Below, piece by piece: positions 53,001 to 64,000 of a DNA stretch of 64,000 nt. Below the pieces are notes generated by a model. It saw nothing but the letters and a program-made list of their open reading frames with translations, was not told the DNA's origin and searched no databases. The DNA is from Bugula neritina (taxonomy: Eukaryota > Animalia > Bryozoa). The stretch spans positions 6,526,707-6,590,706 of the forward strand of contig OZ037767.1 in assembly GCA_964035545.1 (NCBI GenBank), read 5' to 3'. Every line of letters begins with the position of its first letter. Position 1 is the stretch's first letter. The translations under genes were made by a program, and so were the position numbers.

Positions 53001-56000
53001 GCAGCTCAAGCGTGGTTACGTGCAGGATATCATTAAGGTGCTTACTTACTCTACATTGTATGTATATACACTGTGCAGGATATCATTAAGGTGCTTACTT
53101 GCTCTACATTGTATGTAATATGTATATACACTGTGTTGGTTATTATTAAGGTCCTTACTCTACATCGTATGTATATACACCGTGTTGGTTATTAACATCT
53201 ATGTTCTATAAGATGTGTTATATTTTTGTGAAAAATTTCGCCGCAGTTGTTTAAACAGCTTCATACTTGCAACATTCATATTAATCTTAATTTACTTAAA
53301 TTCTAAACATATTACATTTTTATTGCATGCATATTCTTATACTGTTTTCTAGATTTTCTAAGTTTTTCAAATTGATGTCTTTATTTGTTGAGTGTTGGGT
53401 TATTGAGCTCATTTACACTCCTCTCAAGAAGCACAGATAAATTGAGCTTCATTATTTCATGTGAAAGTTGATCAATTATATGGTTTATGTTTTTGAACTA
53501 CCTGTATTTGAAAGGTGAACAGCCAAGTTGACAATAGTCTCGACTACCTGCGCCATGACATACACAAGTACTTCCTAGAGGCTAAAGACAATGCCAGGTT
53601 TCTAACTACAGTTGATCGTCACATGAAGAACATAACGTTTGGCACGACGTTTGCTCTGGTGACAGAAACCATACCTAACCTAATGGTGGCTCTGAGAATG
53701 GTGTGGATAATCTCCAGATACTACAACACTGACGAGCGGATGGTACCTCTCCTGGAGAAAATAGCTTGGCAGCTCTGTCAGCGTGTCAAAAGGATTATTG
53801 ACATCAAACGACTTTTTCAGTTAGTAGTCGCTGTAATGATATTGATTTCTAATAGTAAGATAATTTTGAAATGAATTATTAATGCATGAACATATTTTTT
53901 GGTAGGAACATTTAAAAAATACACATAGAAAATAATTCTAAGCGGTTGGGGCTTTTTAATAACTCTATTGGTGTACTTCTCAGTATGTTGAAATGTGTTC
54001 AAAATCTCTCTCTTTTCAGTAGTATTTGGTGCAACTTGTTTGCGTAGTTTTATTACGTAGAATAAGTGTGCTGCATGCTCAGATTGTTCTCCTTTCGGAG
54101 CCCACGTGACCTTTCCATGTGACCTCTCTGGTGCCCAGATGACCTTTCTAGTGATTACGTGACCTCTCCAGTGATCACATGACCTTTCATATAACTATAT
54201 ACTTGCAGAGACCCACCTGAAGTTGTCATGGAGAAATGTCTGAAAGCTAAGAAAATGTTAGAAACCTGGAAGTCCAGTTACTTCACCACAAGAGCCAAGA
54301 TAGAAGAGTCTGGTCGTGACTCCAGGTGGGAGTTTGACAGGAAACGTCTGTTTGACCGAACGGACTACATGTCAAGCATCTGCGGAGACCTGGCAAACGT
54401 CGCCAAGGTACGAGGTTACGAGGTTTTAGAGTTGGCAAATGTGTGGATGCTTTGAATTGCCTGGGGTTTTCCTGTTGTTTGAAAAGCATGTTAGGTTTAT
54501 GCTCCCTTGTTTATTTACACCAACTGATCTGTGACCTGGGTCATTGCAATTAAGAATGTCTGTACAATTGTATTGGCTTTTATGAAAATGCTGATTCTGT
54601 TGCTACTTTCTTTATGTGTGTGAAATCAATCTACCATTTGTTACATATTTATGATTGATGAGATGTGCCATAAGGGAACTTTGTATTGCTTGTTTGCTGA
54701 TAGTATTTGATTTTTGTTGATATTGCAGACACTGCATGAGTTCCATAGCATCTTCACTAGTGACCTCAAGAATGTGACTGGAGAGGTCAAGCTTATTGGA
54801 GATATTCTTACAAAAGTGGACAACCTCAAGTCTCCTATCATTAATGTGTGTATTCAGCTGATCCTGTACACCTTGCCCTCATGTAGATTTCAGTGTATAC
54901 GTAGTGAGATAGGCAAATACAGCAATTTGGCAAAAACATGTGTGTGCTAGTGGACAGGTTTTGTTATATAGCAAAATAATCTAAGTAGGGTGGTGTAAAC
55001 ACATTAAAGTGAGACACCAGTTAGAATCCCTAGTTCAATGTAGTCAAAACTATTGAATGAACACAAGCATTGTTGGTAATTTCAGTTTAGAGAGAGTCCA
55101 TTTGATAAGGTGAATTCGAACGCGTGGAATCGCATAATGGAGTGGTTCAGCTACGAAGTCAACAACATCGAGCAGGAGACGATCAACTTCATCAACGAGT
55201 CTTTCAAGAAGCTGCGCTCAGCCGAGGCTGCCTATGATCTCTTCCACAAGTTTAAGAACATTCGGTCTCGGAAGAGCATCAATGAAGAGATGATGAAACG
55301 TTTTAATGATATACTCTTGCAGTTTTCAAAAGAGGTTTGCCTTCCGCACTTTTATGCTTTGTATTTTTTGTTAAGACTCTTGATTAAAGGCTATTAAATT
55401 GGTGCCTACTTGAAATATTGATACTTGTAAACATATCAAACAGGTTTTTAAATATGTTGCTGATACCTATTTATCTCGGATCTACCATTTCTAGTCTGAG
55501 ACCATAATTAGTCAGGTTGCCAGTGCTTTTAGCTCTGTAGTCCAGGGCATAGCTTAGTGTAGGTCAGTTTGACCTCAGTCAATGAATACTGAAACATACT
55601 AAAATTATATTTCAAGTTGATTTATGCAAATTTACATATACATGTTCATATGTGCATTATAATTAGGTGGTATTTCCTGTGTGCATGTGGTAATTGGTTG
55701 GTATTTGATGTGTGTACGTGGTATTTAGGTAGAGAGAGTTGAGAGAATATACAGGGAAAAGAAGAAGGCCCCTCCCGTCTCCAAGAGTGATCCACCTGTA
55801 GTTGGGGCAATCAGATGGGCCAGAATGCTCCTACATAAGATGAAAGACACGGTGCTCAAGCTGGCCGGTATGCCAGAGTTCCTTCACACCGATACTGGGA
55901 GGAAGGTGTGTCAGCCTCCCTATCAGTTTATTATCCGAGATGAACTCCTCTAGGGCTAGTATATAGTTTGGGTTGATCTTTGTGTATAATACACATCATA

Positions 56001-59000
56001 CATGTTTAAACTTGAACATTATTTCTATAAAACTTCTGTGTGTTTGATGGAGAGATATACTATGGATGGTTAGGCTCGCACATGCTAGGGGTGGGCATGT
56101 TATGTTTTCTAGCCAGTTTATATGTTGAGTTGACCTTTGACCTTGGCTACGGTAAAGTTTGTTTGTGCAGGCAAGAGGAAAGTACCTGTACGCAGGCAGG
56201 TCACTGAAGGCGTATGAAGACAGCAAGTACCATGCCTGGGTAGATCACGCCGAGCATGTTGTTGCGGCTCTTTTGAAGAAGAGTCTGATAGTGAAGGCGT
56301 CTAGTCGCACTTCTTCTGTGTATATGGAGAGAGAAGCTTTTGAAAGGGTAACCATAATATTTATTGCTAGCTCATTATACAGTATACCATACTATCAACT
56401 ATTTCTTAATTCTGTTGATTTTATGTGAGAAAGTTGAGACATCCGATTTTTAGTTTCACAAGGATGTCATGTTGCCATGAACTTGCCGTACTCAGCGTAT
56501 GTTACTTGTGTAGATGTGCAGATATACCTTGCAGGTGTGTAAGCTCGTCTCTGGCAACAGAAACCTGTATAGGTATGGTAGAATGTCTATAGCTGAAACA
56601 GATGGGGAGCAGAATCTAAGTTATAGAGGCCAGGCTAAGAATGCTAAAGGGGTTCTTATAGGTAGGCCCCGCTGTGCTGTGTGTGCTGTCAGTCTTGACT
56701 ATTCAAACCAGGAACTGTAATGGTGTTTTAACTCAGTAGGGTCTGATCTGTTCAAATAGTCTACAATAATACTGCAGATGTTTTGTCATTCAGCCTCTAA
56801 CAGTACTTACCTCTGGTTTCAGATATGAAAGTGAGATATTTAGTAAACTTTGACTCTGAGCTGTTGGAGATAGCCTGTGAGGCCAGGAGTTTAGAGCACC
56901 TGGGCTATCACATACCTGTACTGACCCGCAATCTCGCTCTGCAAATTGACAAGTATCTGGGAGCTCAGTATAAGCTGCAGCTGATGGTGGACAGATACCA
57001 TCTGCTGCTGGACAGTTTGAATGTGGCTGAGGTGAGAGTCTCATTTACCTTGTCTGGTAACTACTAGAGTGTGTATGTGATCTAGGCAACAGGGTAGGCT
57101 TTCTGTTGAGTGCAGGTTAGTATATTATTAGCATAGTCGCTTGTACGACACATCTCTTCTAGTACAGATATCACACTTTGCTTGCTTGAATATTTATCTT
57201 ATAGTTAGAGTCTCGCACACAAACTATTCCAGTCTCGCAGTAATAGTATTTATTAAGTTCTATCACTGATCAGACAACCTACGCATTCTGAAAAATATGA
57301 TCCGTGCAGATTTCTGCCCTCCGCATGACTTCCTGTTAATTTCAGATTAAGCTGCTGGACCATCACCTGAAGGAACTCAGAAGAATCATGAAACCAGGAA
57401 TCAGCCGACTTAACTGGTACACTCTGGGAATAACTGAGTTTGCTACCAAATGCATGCATGTATGTCTCGTATCTATCTATAACTCATTAGCCAATGCTGC
57501 TAGTGTAGGTGGTGTAGGTGCATGCCGTTGTGTTAATTCGCCATTCACAAGTTTCTTCATGTCATTATAATAATAATCTCTGTTCTATTCTAAATGCTCT
57601 CAAGTAACTAATCTTATTAGATGTAGCAGGGCTATGGCTTACCCAAACTCATTGCTATCACGTACTCTCACGCGGTTTGTGATACTAATCGGATGTGAGT
57701 TTATTCGTCAAACCTCATATGAAGTTGTTTCCTCTTTTTGGGCTACCTTGTGTGATGGCATGTAACAGGTATACTTGTCTATGCTTTAGTGTATTGGTAA
57801 AGTAGAGACTCTGGCCAATCAGGTGCAGAAGAACGCAGCAGATATTCACAGCAGACTATCAATCATACGAAAAGCCAACCTGCTGGAGAGTCATCACCAT
57901 CTGGATGGGTCGGAGGTCGCGCTGCCACTAGTCAAGGTAGATTATAATGTTGAGCTCTGTACAGGTGTATACTGATTGACTAATCTCCATTTAGTTGGCA
58001 CCTTATTTCTTTGATTTTGAAGTTGCACTTTTTATTGATGTTTTAAGCTGATCTAATATTTGTCCTTTCTACTAAACTTTGAAACACCGTAGTACAGTAT
58101 ATAATTCATTCAGTACATGTACCTATAAGAAGAACTAACTATCTTGGTTTAGCTTTTAAATGAACTTATTTTATGTGTTTTCTGTTGGTAAATGATGGTA
58201 GGAGTTATTCTCACATTTGAGCCTGTCTTGTAGGATTACTTTGAAGAGCTGAGTCAGAACAGAAGCTACACTGTACGAAGACTGGTGACTACATACAGAG
58301 CCATGAGTCCCATGCTGACCAAGATAGAAGGACTCGTTGTCAACACCAACACTGGCAAGGCGTGTAAACTGGCACCATACTACCAGTACTGGGAGGAGAT
58401 TGTCTATGACACCATCAGACAGGTGTGTTGCTGTTGACCTTTCAACTCACAAGCTCTTGCAAATGTAGCTTTGTAAAACTCCTAGATTTTGCTGACGATT
58501 CTCTTATATGCTCACTCAGTGAAGTTGCAAGTCTTGAAGAGTATTTAAAGCTGAATAGATTTGGATTTCTGGAGGCAGTTACTAATTAAAGTGTTTATGG
58601 GCAGAGCTGCATTTAGTGTAGCTGCGAGGTTTTGGAGTTGAGATTATTACATGTTTTATATATCAACTGCCATCTGATTCACAGTTTCTTTCCATATACT
58701 GGATTTTACCTAAATATTTCTTTAAATGAAAATGACTCTCTTCTGTTGAGACATAATTTATAGGATCATACATCATCTCTCTAATTTCTCTTTCAAGCAT
58801 GATTTATTTCGCACATGAACACTCATTCTCTCACCTCTAAGCGCGTAATATCTAATTCGCCTTCCTCCTTCATTCTCGCAGCTTATTGTCACCAACCTGG
58901 TAAAGTTTCTTCACATTGTCACTGGTGAAAAACCTTTCTTTGGTGTGGAGTGTACTCTGTGTCCGCCTGAAGTGGCACTTCTACCTAGCTGCAATGATCT

Positions 59001-62000
59001 CTTCAAGATTATTCTAGCCTCTACAAAAGAGTGCATTGATGTGTGAGTATTATCTAACTATAGACTTCATTCAACTCTTGCTTCTCCTGCCTATTTTCCT
59101 ATAGAAGTATTCTCTGTGGACCTGTTTTTATAAACACCAAAACTAATGTAAGATTTTCTGTCATGTTCTTCATCACTCTTTACTCCTGTGAGGCTGCTTG
59201 TATTTACAACAATTCAAACACTTCATCACTGATCCTACTCAACTTAGCTTACTGTTGGTTAGCATTTAAAAATTACCTGTAACATTTACATCAGCTAAGA
59301 TTGTTTTAAGGAATAGTTTATTTTAAGTAATTGATAATCCGTGTAATAGAATGCTGCGAGTTTGCAACGGCTGTACCAAACTTTTTTTCAGATCTCGCAA
59401 GTTTGTTCGCTGGATGCACGGTACGTGTATAGAGACTCCACCTCAGCATGTACCGGGTTCAGATGCGCCTTATCTCTTCTCCTTCTACCATGACATAGCT
59501 AAACACCCAGAAGTAGTGGATCTTGGTAACCTCATTGTCTCCAGGACCAAAGATATTCTAACTAAAATACAGCGCTACCTGATGAGGTGGGCTAAACACA
59601 GACCAGTGTGGGTGCCGGACAAGGTGAGTACTCTTGTCAGACCTGTCTAACAGGTGTATGCCTTGTTCAGGATATGCTATTCCCTTGTAACCCACATCTG
59701 CATTTATTTAAGAAATCAAAGACTTGAGTTTATCAATTTTACACTTGAATTTTGTAATATTCAGTAACTTTGTTATATGTTATATTTGAAGCAAAACACA
59801 CAGCTGTAAAAATCTACCTTTACAGTCTTTTATCTTTGCAACCTCAGGTGAAACAAAGAGCTAAATTTTATTATGAAATATATAGTAAAGCATGAACTAA
59901 TAAGCATAATATTACATTATACATTAAAAGTATGTGAAAGCTGCAGCAAAGAAGGCTACATTATCTGAACTTTCCATGTCATTTAAATAACTCTAGCAAC
60001 AAAGAGCTGAAAGATGGCAGAGCAAGCAGAAAATGGAGTTAGTCGAGAGGTATGATGATAAACTGATATTCTACACGTCTGTCATAGAGAGAATGAATGG
60101 GACGCCACCTTACCACCCTGTAAACTGTGTTCAACTGTGTCTGGGTTCCTTGTTGCACGGGATAAAGAGCCACGCTAAAGAATGGCTCACAATATTTGGC
60201 AATATGCTTCAAGAGTTGGCGAAAAGTCGGTTACTGAGTGCTATCTCCTATGTCAAGGTCTGCTTAAATGGCTTATATATGATATACACACTTTTGACAA
60301 AGTTTGAAGCATTGTTATTATGTGCTGGACCATGCTTTTATTTAATTAATGGTTACAGATTTAATACCCAATGGTAGTTCAATGTTGTGCCAAAAACTGT
60401 CTGATTGGGCACCTTTATAAATTTGTGATATCAGTTTATCAATTTTGCTGACTACTTTTAATGCATGTGCAAGCACTACATCATGTTTAGCTGTATCTTA
60501 TTATATATGTAGATTATTGGTAATGTGCCTTGCAAATCCATTCATTTTTGTGACTTGTTTTAAAGCAGGCTGAACTCTTTGAAGCAATGGCAGCATAACA
60601 TACTCTCCAACTAAATTTAGCTGATCGGAAATTTTTCAGTAACAAGTTGTGGTTTTGTTCTCAATTAAATTTTTCAGGGAGTTTTTTCTGTGTATTATGT
60701 AAATTAATTGCTGTGTTTTGTGTATTAATTACTGCTGTGTGTACTATGTATTAGCAGTTGTGTTGTATGTATTGTGTATTAGTTCCTGACGGGATATGGT
60801 TTGTCAGTCATGTTGATATAATCTGCTTTAGGAAAAGAGAGAGAATCTAGACAAACAACCCGAGAGTCTAGATAGTCTGAAGTACTGTTTAGGTGAGATA
60901 GCAGAGGTTAGAAGGACGCAGGTAGAAATAGAATACAGTATAAGGTGCATGCAGGAGATGTACAGAACTCTCTTCATGTATGGCCTGGAGGTTAGATACT
61001 TTCTTAGCATTTTCACTTTAGGGTGCATTTATCTCTTAACTTAAAGTTTGAAAGTGACCTGCAGTCTCTTAGCCTCAGTTTAAACTTTCTACACATATTA
61101 GCGTAGCAGAAATACTCAATAAGCAGAGAGCACAACTTCTTATTATTGCATATATTGAGTCAATGCCACATCAGCTATCTGTTTTAATATGCTGTAGACA
61201 TTGCAAATTTATATACTGATATTTGAATATGTTAAATCTTTGCAAGATGAGATTAAAGATCGCCAACAGTTGAACAGTGTTCTTACTGCATTATTTTAAT
61301 CTAAGCAGGTGTGAAATGTGATAGCTTTTATTTATGTACTAATCTTACACTACCTAACTGAATATCATTATATCTTCAGTTTGGGAATATTACGTCAGTT
61401 TATTTTTTAGGGCATACAACTCCTATTCGTGACTGTTATGCGAAGCATGTACTTATCTTAATTTATCTCTAGGTGCCAGCTTATCAGCGAGACAACTGCA
61501 AAACTATTCTAGCAGATTACCTTGACCTTGTGTATCATACAAAGGAAGTAGAGTGTCAGCTCATACCCTCCAAGCAGAAGTTTATTAGTGTGAGTCTCAC
61601 AAACCTAGTATTTACCAAGTTCATTAGTTATTAGTTCAACAGCAAGCTATATAAGTTATTTATCCTAATCAAGTGTGGCCACTACTGTTTTTGGGTTAGG
61701 TTTTTGGAATATACTTGGTGCTGCTACTATATAGTATATACTACATATGTGTTACCACTAAATACTCTGTGTTGCCACTACATACTCTGTATTACCACTA
61801 TGTACTCTGTGTTACCATTATATACTATGTGTTGCCACTATATACTCTGTGTTACCACTGTTTAACTGCTGTACATGTATCACAGCTACTAGTTTATGTA
61901 TCTACAGTTCACTAAAGATCATATCAAAGACTTCAGAGCCGATGTGTTTAAGTTCTACAACGAACTGACTACCGAAGGGCCTGGCACTGTTGGCAGAGAT

Positions 62001-63930
62001 CTTACCAAAGGTACAACACAGTAGATATGATCTTCATGCTTTGCTTTCTGTATCTGACATGTTGTGTCTATTTTTCCGGCCATAAACTTAAAGTAATATG
62101 CTTGTTACCATTTCCTTTAGCCTGTCCAATTATGCAGTTTTTTTTTTCATGGTACAACATTTTAGACTTGAGCATAACCTAGCTGTCCTGTGAAACAATG
62201 TTGTGCTTGTAACTACCATTTAGTTGCTTCTCTGCATCTACACCCGAGACATGTAATATATATCACAGGTGCTGACCTTCTCGTTACCTTCAAACATTCG
62301 CTAGCCGAGCTGGAGAAGAGGCAGCGAGAGCTGACTCTTGCCGAGAAGCTGTTTGACCTCCCTATCACGATGCACACACGTCTTGTGAAGGCGCAGAAAG
62401 AGCTCGCTGACCTCACCAAGGTCTACGCTCTCTATAAAGATTTCACAGTAAGTAAACGAAAGGCAAAGTAAATCAAAGCTCAGTGCCATAAGCAATACAG
62501 AGAAACATGGTCATGCTGTAATGTGCTACAATAGGGAATTACTGGACTGTTGCTTGGATATTTGAAGTGATTTCACCAATTCGCTAGACTTCATTGTACT
62601 TCATTTATTACACACTCGATGCTCTAGTTTTTGGGATATACGAACCGTAATGGGTTTTTTTTTGAATATATGCATGTATATTTAGCTCATATGACAATGG
62701 CGCTGTGCTTTAATGTTGCAGGACCCCCCTTCCAGTTTTTTTTGCTATGCATAGTTCAAATCAATAAAACTACCCCATATAGTAAGTTTTCAAGCAATTT
62801 TGAGCAAACTCTAATTTTAGGTCCTAATTTGCTGATGTGTGCTAAATAAAGTAAAATGATCTATTTGAATACTGTTGTAGATTTTACTTCTGTGAGTTTA
62901 GTAACAGTGTCTAGACCAGAGGTGGGCAACTGGGGACCACTGTGGCCTTTTACCCAAATTTCAGTGGCCCTTTTAATGCTCAAAATAAGGAAAAACTGTT
63001 ACATGCATTCTGATTAGCTCAGCATAGGTTTGGTGACAAATTACTTCATCATAATAAAATTTAATATGTGTGCAGTCATGTGGCCCTTCATTTTGGCTGA
63101 CTTCTAAAATTGGCACTCATGCAAAAGAAGTTGTCCACTCCTGGTGTAGACTTTGACCAGAACTCGTCTTGCAGGACAGTAAGCTAAGATGGAGTGATAC
63201 TCTGTGGATCAACTTGGACATGAAAGTCTTAACGGACGGCATTGAGGAGCTCATCAAACATATGAGACGCATGCCGAAAGATCTGAGACAGCTGCCTCTA
63301 GCCAAAGTCGTTGACGAGATGATGAAGGAGTTCAGAGATTCACTTCCATTGTTTGTGGACCTCAAGCACGAGGCACTGAGGCCAAGGTCGTCTTTTATTC
63401 TAATTTCCTCACTTGTGCATGCTCGTATCTCTTTGACTGAATATTACAAATTTGTTTGCTCTCTTAATGTACGATAATCTATAGCTTAGGATTGTAATAA
63501 GGTATTCAACACTAAGAGAATTGTATGGAAAATAGTTGAATGAATTTAATTATTTTGTTGACACAATATATGATAATTGTATTAAATTATTTAAATGGTG
63601 TGTAAGTTGGTCCATATATCCTTTGCTGCACACACTTCTCACCCACCTATAAAGGAACAAACTTAGCTAACTCAACTAATATGGAATAATCCTAATGAAA
63701 TTGGTAACAGTTGGTAAACTTGTTTTGTTCTAATAATCACGTCAGGTTTATTTCTTATATTGTCTATGCACAGGCATTGGGAACAGCTGATGGAGAAAAC
63801 TGGCCAATCATTTGACATCAACCCGGATACGTTCACTCTCCAGAACGTGTTTGCCATGGAGCTGCACCAGTTCAAGGACCCTATCAGTGATATCGTGGCT
63901 TCTGCTCAGAAAGAGCTCAGCATTGAAAAG
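50050..63930 (+). CDS. DNAH10: Axonemal dynein heavy chain 10 (inner-arm I1/f alpha), N-terminal tail and start of linker; continues beyond the window
   Basis: Exons 50050-50269, 50567-50896, 51137-51264, 51459-51686, 52011-52179, 52769-53037, 53515-53819, 54209-54407, 54729-54845, 55086-55334, 55729-55905, 56171-56347, 56535-56661, 56823-57031, 57346-57459, 57790-57936, 58234-58422, 58882-59042, 59392-59623, 59997-60257, 60832-60990, 61473-61589, 61908-62010, 62269-62447, 63175-63386 and 63774-63930. DNAH10-type motifs: MDDLR.W, GPLAEI.YWRER, LRMVWIISR.YN.DERMVPL, RWEFDRKRLF, LRSAE.A, RWMHGTC, AEKLFDLPI and LKHEALRPRHW. Confidence 0.93.
53020..53195 (+). repeat. ~53-bp tandem repeat spanning a DNAH10 exon end and 5' splice site
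   Basis: gtgcaggatatcattaaggtgcttactt(a/g)ctctacattgtatgtatatacact occurs twice nearly perfectly, plus 1-2 degenerate copies. Confidence 0.9.
54103..54188. repeat. 20-bp-period intronic repeat containing TGACCT
   Basis: TGACCT at 54107, 54120, 54140, 54160 and 54180. Confidence 0.8.
61745..61860. repeat. 20-bp intronic minisatellite, about 6 units
   Basis: Consensus gtgttaccactatatactct. Confidence 0.9.
62917..63143. mobile_element. hAT/Charlie-like MITE (227 bp) in a DNAH10 intron
   Basis: TIRs CAGAGGTGGGCAACT / AGTTGTCCACTCCTG. The 8-bp TSD gtctagac / gtgtagac is of the NTCTAGAN type. Internal gtggcc repeats. Confidence 0.85.
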
Positions 63931-64000
63931 GTAGTAGTCTGCTGTATTGATAGCATTCACCTGCTGCTCTACATTCCTGTGTTATCTTTTTGTTATAAGT

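Overview
AT-rich, intron-rich animal genomic DNA, probably from a lophotrochozoan-type invertebrate; the taxon is not determined. I reconstructed seven spliced protein-coding genes by hand from GT-AG junctions. (1) An NR2E6/PNR-like nuclear receptor on the minus strand that runs off the 5' edge. (2) Head-to-head with it, a complete 241-aa nuclear-receptor paralog that has a DNA-binding domain but no ligand-binding domain, an atypical P-box (CNSCRC) and a 30-bp tandem array that multiplies its start codon. (3) A secreted PAN/apple x2 + F-type-lectin protein. (4) A 1342-aa class-B/Methuselah-like 7TM receptor with a duplicated somatomedin-B/Cys-rich ectodomain and no recognisable GPS motif. (5) Six1/2 (sine oculis). 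(6) Legumain. (7) The 5' part of axonemal dynein heavy chain DNAH10, running off the 3' edge. Non-genic features are a decayed LINE reverse transcriptase, tRNA-derived SINE copies, hAT-like MITEs, foldback elements, minisatellites and an unusual 'drifting' hexamer tract. Gene models are manual and unverified by transcripts.
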